Part shown: positions 53,397 through 64,000 of the stretch, piece by piece
How positions within the stretch are numbered: position 1 is the stretch's first letter
How the letters are laid out: each line of letters opens with the position of its first letter
From: Macrostomum lignano
Lineage: Eukaryota
Reading direction: 5' to 3'
DNA: 64,000 bases
Assembly (NCBI GenBank): GCA_002269645.1
Contig: NIVC01000163.1
Span: 124,001 to 188,000 of the forward strand
Translations under genes and position numbers: made by a program
Notes under the pieces: model-generated
Told to the model about the DNA's origin: nothing
Seen by the model: the letters and a program-made list of their open reading frames with translations, nothing else
The model's database searches: none

Positions 53397-53910
53397 GTTT
53401 TTTTTAAAGAGTTTGTTTTACTGACGCATTTTCAACTTTGTTCCGAAGAATAGTCATTTTTGACACCAAGTTTTACAGTTCTGAAAATCGATATTACATC
53501 ATTGACCCGAAGCGTGACAGCATTTAAACGGACTGATTTTAACGGCTTTGATGCCTAATTGACCTATGCGAACTAGCTCGTAGCTGATGCGCTACTGTGT
53601 CTAAGTGTTGCGTCTTAGTGCCCTTTTTGTTGTTGTCGTCGTTGTTAATGCCCCTCTAAGTAAGACGGGTCTTAGTCACTTAATGTGTCTTAATCACTGT
53701 AAAGTCATTTAGAAAAGTTTTGCATTTCAAATCAATTTCTTGCGGGATAAGTGCTGAATTTGCTGGCTTCATTCAGTTCCGCTCCCAAAGGGGGGCCAGA
53801 GTGTGTGTGTACTAGTCCACCTATACTAAATCGCTTCCTGCAATCTCGACGTACTTTACGTAAAATTCGCTAAGCATGCGCTTTCTCACAATCTGCACGT
53901 TCCTGCGCAG

Positions 53911-54463
53911 ATACTACGCCGCAGCGGCTGACACAACCGGATGCGACGAGCGCTGTCGCGGCTCGGACAAGAGAATCTTCCTGCACGTGGTCTCCGTGGC
54001 GGCTCACAGCTCCCAGATCGCGGCCAGCTGCCTGCAGTCGGTGCTGGCCTTCAAGCGCTATCTGTACTTCGTTGGCAACCCGGACGATCGGAAGATAATC
54101 AGTAAACTCGACGACGAAGACGACGCTGAAGAGGACGTCGACAGACGCAACCGGTCGGAGAGCATCCCGCTGACTGAACGCCACCGTCGAGATCCGCGCG
54201 AGGAGGAGTCGTCGGCTTTAGTGATCGGCAATTGCGACAGCAAACCGCAGCGAGGCGGCGCTCAGCAGGCGCAGACGGATCGGCAGGGGGCGGCAGAGGA
54301 CAGCAGGAGTTTCTGCCTACCAATGATGCAGATGCAGACTCGGCAGCCGCAGCTGCAGCAGCAGCTGCAATCTTGGTCGCAGCAACAGTTTAATCAGCTT
54401 CATCAACCTTATCTTCAACAGCAGCAGCAGCAGCCGTTCCAACCAAATCAGTTTGACTACTGA
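53911..54463 (+). CDS. CD20/MS4A-like tetraspan membrane protein, exon 2
   Basis: ctgcgcag acceptor (phase 2), Cys-containing loop (GCDERC), fourth TM (IFLHVVSVAAHSSQIAASCLQSVLAF), acidic and poly-Q tail, TGA. Joined CDS is 993 nt (330 aa). Confidence 0.65.
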
Positions 54464-54719
54464 TCCAATTCAGTTTCACAACTGCATGACCAATAAGTAG
54501 AGTGGTACACAATCTTCAATGCAACTTTGTCCAGTCACCTTTGCTTCTATTATAATTTTATTTTTCAGTTTTAATGTCATTTAAGAATTTTCATAAGATT
54601 TAAAGTGTTTTTAGATTAAACTTCGTACCATCCGCCCGTGTAAATCAGCGTTTTAAGTTTCTTTGTCATTGGAAAAAAGCCCAATTTGCCACTCTTCTTC
54701 CCAATCTCCCCTCTCTCCC

Positions 54720-55370
54720 ACTTACAATCTACCCCTCGCCCTCACAATCTACCACTCTCACTCACAATCTACCACTCTCACTCACAATCTACCACTCTCA
54801 CTCACAATCTACCACTCTCACTCACAATCTACCACTCTCACTCACAATCTACCACTCTCACTCACAATCTACCACTCTCACTCACAATCTACCACTCTCA
54901 CTCACAATCTACCACTCTCACTCACAATCTACCACTCTCACTCACAATCTACCACTCTCACTCACAATCTACCACTCTCACTTACAATCTACCCTCGCCC
55001 TCACAATCTACCACTCTCACTTACAATCTACCATCGCCCTCACAATCTACCACTCTCACTTACAATCTACCCCTCGCCCTCACAATCTACCACTCTCACT
55101 TACAATCTACCCCTCGCCCTCACAATCTACCACTCTCACTCACAATCTACCACTCTCACTCACAATCTACCACTCTCACTCACAATCTACCACTCTCACT
55201 CACAATCTACCACTCTCACTCACAATCTACCCTCGCCCTCACAATCTACCACTCTCACTTACAATCTACCCCTCGCCCTCACAATCTACCACTCTCACTC
55301 ACAATCTACCACTCTCACTCACAATCTACCACTCTCCCTCACAATCTACCACTCTCACTCGCATCCTACC
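54720..55370. repeat. 20-bp minisatellite CACAATCTACCACTCTCACT
   Basis: Direct reading. Confidence 0.94.
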
Positions 55371-55819
55371 CCTCTCTCTTTCACAACTTACCCCTCTCTC
55401 TCAAAGTCTACTAATCCTTTGAACCCTCCTCCTAAACCTATCCTGCTTGTAAGTTCGGTTTGAATTGAGACGACCAAAACAGCAAACGCCACAGACGAAA
55501 GTACGAAAGGATTCAGAGTCACGGTTTAGAAGATCACAGCCCAACAGAAAAGATTTCAGCCGTTGATGAGTGTCCCCTCGATACCGCCTTGATCCCAGAT
55601 CCCGGAGACGGGAGGGATCTTAAGCTTCTAATCAAAATAGGCGCAGCCCATCCGTCCGACGGATTGGGGACGCTGGGGACAGGGGGGTCAGACTTAGATC
55701 CGCGATGATAGCCCACTCGGCCGAGAGGAAATCTTGTTTGGGGCTTCTTAAAGTCCAAGAATATTTACTCAGTATTTGCGGCTAGAGAGGAGAAGGATAA
55801 GTTTGTTAATGTTAGAGGA

Positions 55820-56880
55820 TAGACTGTGAGGGAGAAGGGATGAACAGTGAGGGGCAGTGGGTGGACTGTGTGGGAGAGGGATAGACTGTGAGGGAGAGGG
55901 GTAGACTGTAAGGGAGAGGGGTAGACTGTAAGGGAGAGGGGTAGACTGTAAGGGAGAGGGATAGACTGTAAGGGAGAGAGATAGACTGTAAGAGAGAGGG
56001 GTAGACTGTAAGAGAGAGGGGTAGACTGTAAGAGAGAGAGATAGACTGTAAGAGAGAGGGGTAGACTGTAAGAGAGAGAGATAGACTGTAAGAGAGAGGG
56101 GTAGACTGTAAGAGAGAGAGATAGACTGTAAGAGAGAGAGATAGACTGTAAGAGAGAGAGATAGACTGTAAGAGAGAGGGGTAGACTGTAAGAGAGAGAG
56201 ATAGACTGTAAGAGAGAGGGGTAGACTGTAAGAGAGAGGGGTAGACTGTAAGAGAGAGAGATAGACTGTAAGAGAGAGGGGTAGACTGTAAGAGAGAGAG
56301 ATAGACTGTAAGGGAGAGGGGTAGACTGTAAGAGAGAGAGATAGACTGTAAGAGAGAGGGGTAGACTGTAAGAGAGAGAGATAGACTGTAAGGGAGAGGG
56401 TAGACTGTAAGGGAGAGGGGTAGACTGTAAGGGAGAGGGATAGACTGTGAGGGAGAAGGGGTAGACTGTAAGGGAGAGGGGTAGACTGTAAGGGAGAGGG
56501 GTAGACTGTAAGGGAGAGGGATAGACTGTAAGGGAGAGGGGTAGACTGTAAGGGAGAGGGGTAGACTGTAAGGGAGAGGGATCGACTGTAAGGGAGAGGG
56601 GTAGACTGTAAGGGAGAGGGATAGACTGTAAGGGAGAGGGGTAGACTGTAAGGGAGAGGGATAGACTGTGAGGGAGAAGGGGTAGACTGTAAGGGAGAGG
56701 GGTAGACTGTAAGGGAGAGGGGTAGACTGTAAGGGAGAGGGATAGACTGTAAGGGAGAGGGGTAGACTGTAAGGGAGAGGGGTAGACTGTAAGGGAGAGG
56801 GGTAGACTGTAAGGGAGAGGGATAGACTGTAAGGGAGAGGGATAGACTGTAAGGGAGAGGGGTAGACAGTGAGTGGGAGG
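55820..56880. repeat. 20-bp minisatellite GTAGACTGTAAGGGAGAGGG
   Basis: Direct reading. Confidence 0.94.
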
Positions 56881-58142
56881 TAAAAATCACTCACATATTC
56901 AATTAAAAAGCAGTGCATACCGAATACAGACGGAACATGCAATAGTAATCTCACTAAGTATTTTTCGGCCACAACTAAGAAGCAACGGGATGCGATCAAA
57001 TTCCTTATAGCACTAGCCATTCGGCGGAGAAGAGGATGAGGCGTGTTGCCATGCATCATACACCCTTGACCGAGTTCTCCACTCGATAACGACGGCCTCT
57101 TGTGCACGATGATGCCGCATTATTTGACGTGCTCCGCCGAGCAAGGTTGAGTAAATGAGTCAGGAAATTTGGGATGGACTTTTCTGCCTGTTAGGGTGAG
57201 TTATTTTTTGTGAGAAGATTTAAGAGCAACAGTCCTTGATAGTAAAACTCGATGCTCACTTCATGTACAGAACTTTCAGGCCTAATTAGTTCTTCGTGAA
57301 CTTATAACGCCTTTCTTGTACCTATCGTGATGAAAATTACCAAAATTTTACAAAACTTTCACCGGGTACAGCTTGTATATTACTTGTACAAAACCTTTAT
57401 ACATCTTGTTCCTATCTTGTACATATCATGAAAATATACTGTATATATCTCGGAATATCGTGTACATATCTTGTTTTGAACACATCTAATATGCATATTT
57501 TTTATTTTTTCACGTGTACGAGCGATTCCAAATTTCTAGATTGTACTTGTCTAATAATATCTTGTACACTTCCTGTACACCGCTTGTACACTTCCTATAC
57601 ACACTTGAAGTCTTATTATTTAAAAAAATACAGATAACTTCATGCTTTGTTTGCGTGACGCCACCCTGACATAAGAAAAAAACTCGAAAAGGAACATATA
57701 GCAGCGCCCGACAAGACTGTCTGTACAGTCATTATACTTTTTAAAATGATTAAAAGTCATGCAACGAACTCAGTGACTCTACACTGCCAGCACTGCTAGC
57801 GAGCATCATTAGTAAAAAGGAAGAACGGCCCAAGCACACAACTCACACTTTGGAAATCTGATCTGCTCTTCCTGGTCCGGTGGAAAAAAAGCAAAAAGAG
57901 AGGTGAAGCGAAATGCTGCAAGCATCGAACTCGCATAATTACTAATTCTTTATGAGCCTCCGAATTCGGCAGGTGACAACTAAATCATACCTGTTTGATT
58001 TACGAGCCTATTTAGACAGAAGACATGTTTGAGTCTTGGGTGCATGGGGATATGATTTATGACTGCAAATGATCGATGGCAACTGGGCAGCGTTTGGCAG
58101 TGAGCATTGGGCAGGAAAGAGGGCTAGACTCAGAGCAGAGGG

Positions 58143-58144
58143 GG

Positions 58145-58237
<93 letters not shown>

Positions 58238-58310
58238 CACAGGCAGACAGACAGACAGACACTAAGACAGACACACAGACAGACGCTAAGACAGACACTA
58301 AGACAGACTG
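58143..58310. repeat. (GACA)n with ACTAAG interruptions
   Basis: Direct reading. Confidence 0.9.
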
Positions 58311-58436
58311 CAATAGAAGGAAGTGAGCAGAAAGTTTCTGCAGCATTAAAATTAGTTTACACAGTCAGAAAAAATCGCAGGAACATTTTCACAGAGCACC
58401 AGCAAGTGAAGCTACTAAAAAGGCCCTCTCCATGAG

Positions 58437-58643
58437 TCAGAGCTTCTTCTGCCGCTCCACATTATAGTTATGCGCCTTCTCCAGCTGGAACATGAAAGTG
58501 GCGAAGGTGCCAAACACCTCGTCTGTGGACACCCGTCTCGGGTTCTCGCCGAAGAACTTCAGCATGCCGTGGAACTGGGCCTCGCTGGCCGACTGCAGGG
58601 CGTACAGAGCCTGGATCTCGCCGCTCGCTTCGGACAGGAATTT
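58437..58643 (-). CDS. Formin FH2 C-terminus, delphilin (GRID2IP)-like, last coding exon
   Basis: KFLSEASGEIQALYALQSASEAQFHGMLKFFGENPRRVSTDEVFGTFATFMFQLEKAHNYNVERQKKL-stop. FFGE...FGxFxxFM is an FH2-end motif; the stop soon after FH2 with no DAD is delphilin-like. Confidence 0.8.
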   Translation of the reverse strand, partial: KFLSEASGEIQALYALQSASEAQFHGMLKFFGENPRRVSTDEVFGTFATFMFQLEKAHNYNVERQKKL

Positions 58644-58719
58644 CTGGGAGATTTCGAAGTCAAGTGGTCGGATTGCTTTGAGCAGTATTTAATAGTCCGA
58701 ATCGCTTATTCGGTCTACA

Positions 58720-59470
58720 TGTTCTCACTGAGATTTGGTCTAGTCTCACAAAGATTTGGTTTATTCTCCCTGAGATTTGGTCTTGTCTACCTCAGATTTG
58801 GTCTTAGTTTCATTGAGATTTGGTCTAGTCTGACTGGGATTTGATCTAGTCTCACTGAGATTTGGTCTAGTCTGACTGGGATTTGATCTAATCTCACTGA
58901 GATTTGGTCTAGTCTGACTGGGATTTGATCTAGTCTCACTGAGATTTGGTCTAGTCTCACTGAGATTTGGTCTAGTCTCACTGAGATTTGGTCTAGTCTC
59001 ACTGAGATTTTGTCTAGTCTCACTGAGATTTTGTCTAGTCTCACTGAGATTTGGTCTAGTCTCACAAAGATTTGGTTTATTCTCCCTGAGATTTGGTCTT
59101 GTCTACCTCAGATTTGGTCTTAGTTTCATTGAGATTTGGTCTAGTCTGACTGGGATTTGATCTAGTCTCATAAAGACTTGGTTTATTCTCCCTGAGATTT
59201 GGTCTTGTCTACCTGAGATTTTGTTTATTCCTTCTGAGATTTTGCCTTGTCTACCTCAGATTTGGTCTTAGTTTCATTGAGATTTGGTCTAGTCTGACTG
59301 AGATTTGATCTAGTCTCACTGAGATTTGGTTTAGACTGAGATTTGGTCTTGTCTCCTTGAGATTTGGTCATGTCTCCCTGAGATTTGGTCTTGTCTCCCT
59401 GAGATTTGGTCTTGTCTCCCTGAGATTTGGTCTTGTCTCCCTGAGATTTGGTCTAGTCCCAAACATATTT
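58720..59470. repeat. 21-bp minisatellite GAGATTTGGTCTAGTCTCACT (formin last intron)
   Basis: Direct reading. Confidence 0.92.
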
Positions 59471-59675
59471 GATCTATTCTCTCTGAGTTTTAGTATCAAA
59501 TTAGTATTAGTATTAGTCTAGTCTACTTGAATATTAAAAAAAAGTTACACTAGATGCGAAGCAATTGTACAGCGACAAATAGGAACTTTATTATTGATCA
59601 AGCCTCTTCAATCTAAAACAAAGACCACAATATGGCTCATATGATTCCTTTCTACTGTGGGGACCCCAACCGTAC

Positions 59676-59756
59676 CGTCATGGACTCCTGGAATCGGTCC
59701 TGATGTTGACCGCTGTTCACAAGCCGAGTCAGGGCTGCCACAGTGCCGTCGATATC
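59676..59756 (-). CDS. Formin FH2 penultimate exon
   Basis: tttag|DIDGTVAALTRLVNSGQHQDRFQESMT|GTACGG, phase 0-0. Joins to give DRFQESMTKFL, matching the formin D-x-F-x-x-x-M-x-x-FL pattern. Confidence 0.75.
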
Positions 59757-60121
59757 CTAAAATAGAATAGAAAAGAATAGAATAAAATAGAATAGAATAG
59801 AATAGAATAGAATAGAATAGAATAGAAAAGAATAGAAAAGAATGGAATAGAATAGAATAGAATAGTAAAAAATAGAATAGAATAGAATAGAATAGAATAG
59901 AATAGAAAAGAAAAGAAAAGAATAGAATAGAAAAGAATAGAATAGAAAAGAATAGAATAGAAAAGAATAGAATAGAAAAGAATAGAATAGAAAAGAATAG
60001 AATAGAATAGAATAGAATAGAATAGAAAAGAAAAGAATAGAATAGAATAGAATAGAAAAGAATATAATAGAATAGAATAGTATAAAATAGAATAGAATAG
60101 AATAGAATAGAATAGAATATA

Positions 60122-60165
<44 letters not shown>

Positions 60166-60180
60166 ATAGATAGATGGATA
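59757..60180. repeat. (AATAG)n then (ATAG)n microsatellite
   Basis: Direct reading. Confidence 0.94.
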
Positions 60181-60414
60181 GTAGATTGCTTGCTTGCCGC
60201 AGCCAATCAAGCTGAAAGCACGCACACAAGATCACCGGAAACGATTAAGGCAGCTGGAAAGCCAATGGGCGCCGTAAGCGCTTTTATCCAGAGGAACTAC
60301 CTGCTGGAACCAGCTATGCCGAACGAAAATCAGACTATTCAAGTAGTGCAAAAGAGTACGTGCAACTACCGAGAAATCTAATTTTCGTAACCGCTCCGGT
60401 GCAGGTCCTGGCTA

Positions 60415-61345
<931 letters not shown>

Positions 61346-61849
61346 ACAACTGCAGCCCAGCCGCATTAGGAATTCCGGCTTGTCGCGTGAAAAATTCATT
61401 GCGGAGAGGAAAAAATTCTGCCCCGATGTCGGCCGCTCAGGGAAAAAAAGTCAGAACCGTGGAGGCCGCTCGGGTTGGAGGGAGAAGATTGGGATGCAGA
61501 GATGCCGTGTCCGGGGAAGCTGGATGAGGCGATGAAGACAGGAGAGACCGCCCGTGCCTCTGCGAGAGACAGCTGGCGGAGGGTCTCAGAGCAGAAAAGT
61601 TTATTATCTGGTCGGCCTGGTCGCGACCTCTGTCTCTCTCTGTCTCGTGGCTCTGTCCCGCCCGCTCTCCCAGCCTCCTTCATCATCGTGTGGTTCGTCA
61701 CCCAGAATGCGCGAGTGAGATGTTTGCTCGACAGCGCGGCAGACAGCAGGGACTGACTGGCTATAGTGGAATTCTGATAGATATTGAAAGAGCTGACGTG
61801 AAGTTTGAAATGTTATTCAAGAAGAGTTTGGGACTGCAGTGCTATTCCC

Positions 61850-62395
61850 AATCTTCCCCATCCTCACTCTTCCCCAACGCCAATATTCCCATACCAAATC
61901 TTCCCCATCCCCAATCTTCCCCATACCAAATCTTCCTTATCCCCAATCTTCCCCATATCAAATCTTCCCCATCCCCAATCTTCCCCACCCCCAATCTTCC
62001 CCATCCCCAATCTTCCCCAACGCCAATATTCCGATACCAAATCTTCCCCATCCCCAATCTTCCCCATTCCCGATCTTCCCCATCCTCACTCTTCCCCAAC
62101 CCCAATCTTCCCCATCCCCAATCTTCCCCATCCCCAATCTTCCCCATCCACAATCTTCCCCATCCCCAATCTTCCCCATCCCCATTCTTCCCCATCCCCA
62201 ATCTTCCCTATCCCCAATCTTCCCCATCCCCAATCTTCCCCATCCCCAATCTTCCCCATCCCTATTCTTCCCCATCCCCAATCTTCCCCATCCCCAATCT
62301 TCCCCATCCCCAATCTTCCCCATCCCCAATCTTCCCCATCCCCAATCTTCCCCATCCCCAATCTTCCCCATCCCCAATTTTCTCCATCCCCAAGC
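61850..62395. repeat. 16-bp minisatellite CCCATCCCCAATCTTC
   Basis: Direct reading. Confidence 0.93.
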
Positions 62396-62864
62396 TTTTT
62401 TAGTATCCTAAAATCCTAATTCATAAATGTTCAAATCCTCAAAATCCCTAAACTTCCTCAATTTCAAAAGTTTTGGACTCACCCGGACATCCAAATTCTC
62501 AAATGCCTTCGGATTCTGCAGGGAAACTAGCTCCTTCAGTGTAGACGCCGTTTCCTTAGAATTAATGATACGATTTTGAAATTATGAGGACAGAATAAAT
62601 TATATTTTAGATAAGAGTTTGAAAAATTGTCAAAACCCTCACCTGAAGCAGTTTTCGCAGTTCGCTCACTTCTTCGGCAAGGGCCGCGTTTGAAACTGAA
62701 ATATTAATTGATAACTCGTTTTACAAGTGCAAATCAGCGATGCAAGCACGCGTTTTAACTGAGCATGACCAATAACAAATTTTAATTTCAAATTTATCAC
62801 GAAAGAAGTAGAAACTTAAAGTTAAAGGCCGTTTATATTGTGTCATTACGATATTTATTCTTTA

Positions 62865-64000
62865 GCAATCTATTCTATTCCTTCATCAGTGTATATTGGC
62901 TAGATTAGCAATCCATTCTATTCCTGCATCAGTGTGTATTGGCTAGATTAGCAATCCATTTTATTGTTTCATCAGTGTGTATTGGCTAGATTAGCAATCC
63001 ATTTTATTGTTTCATCAGTGTGTATTGGCTAGATTAGCAATCCATTCTATTCCTGCATCAGTGTGTATTGGCTAGATTAGCAATCCACTCTATTCCTGCA
63101 TCAGTGTGTATTGGCTAGATTAGCAATCCATTCTATTCCTTCATCAGTGTGTATTGGCTAGATTAGCAATCCATTCTATTCCTTCATCAGTGTGTATTGG
63201 CTAGATTAGCAATCCACTCTATTCCTTCATCAGTGTGTATTGGCTAGATTAGCAATCCATTCTATTCCTTCATCAGTGTGTATTGGCTAGATTAGCAATC
63301 CATTCTATTCCTTCATCAGTGTGTATTGGCTAGATTAGCAATCCATTCTATTCCTTCATCAGTGTGTATTGGCTAGATTAGCAATCCATTCTATTCCTTT
63401 ATCAGTGTGTATTGGCTAGATTAGCAATCCATTTTATTGTTTCATCAGTGTGTATTGGCTAGATTAGCAATCCATTTTATTGTTTCATCAGTGTGTATTG
63501 GCTAGATTAGCAATCCATTCTATTCCTTCATCAGTGTGTATTGGCTAGATTAGCAATCCATTCTATTCCTTCATCAGTGTGTATTGGCTAGATTAGCAAT
63601 CCATTCTATTCCTGCATCAGTGTGTATTGGCTAGATTAGCAATCCACTCTATTCCTGCATCAGTGTGTATTGGCTAGATTAGCAATCCATTCTATTCCTT
63701 CATCAGTGTGTATTGGCTAGATTAGCAATCCATTCTATTCCTTCATCAGTGTGTATTGGCTAGATTAGCAATCCACTCTGTTCCTTCATCAGTGTGTATT
63801 GGCTAGATTAGCAATCCATTCTATTCCTGCATCAGTGTGTATTGGCTAGATTAGCAATCCATTCTATTCCTTCATCAGTGTGTATTGGCTAGGTTAGCAA
63901 TCCACTTTATTGTTTCATCAGTGTGTATTGGCTAGGTTAGCAATCCACTCTATTCCTGCATCAGTGTGTATTGGCTAGGTTAGCAATCCACTCTATTCCT
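62865..64000. repeat. 43-bp satellite CATCAGTGTGTATTGGCTAGATTAGCAATCCATTCTATTCCTT, runs off the window
   Basis: Direct reading. Confidence 0.96.

Noticed and set aside
55450-57150. Unique segments between satellites (ORFs at 55534-55758 and 56880-57107)
   Set aside because: No recognisable domain or splice-phase support.

Overview
Eukaryotic (metazoan) genomic DNA, intron-rich, with roughly half the window made of micro- and minisatellites. The repeat landscape and gene content suggest an invertebrate, possibly a free-living flatworm such as Macrostomum (inference only). Main gene: a complete cGMP-dependent protein kinase (PKG/PRKG1 type) on the minus strand, 4612-34059. I reconstructed it by hand as 12 common coding exons plus two alternative first exons (I-alpha-like and I-beta-like leucine zippers); all introns are GT-AG with consistent phases. 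Other genes: an intronless divergent TRPV-like channel (+), a two-exon CD20/MS4A-like tetraspan gene (+), and the last two exons of a delphilin-like formin (-). Mobile elements: two tRNA-derived SINEs, a hAT-type MITE and an internally deleted piggyBac. Most long ORFs in the supplied track are satellite translations. Best leads: (1) an inverted repeat pair tightly flanking PKG exons 6-9 (375 nt, frame-preserving), the classic circRNA or exon-skipping layout; (2) a possible third, internal PKG first exon with its own pseudosubstrate motif; (3) the divergent TRP-like channel; (4) a minisatellite apparently derived from a tRNA-Lys-like head and later hit by piggyBac; (5) mirror-image satellite arrays around the PKG 3' end. 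No database searches were run.
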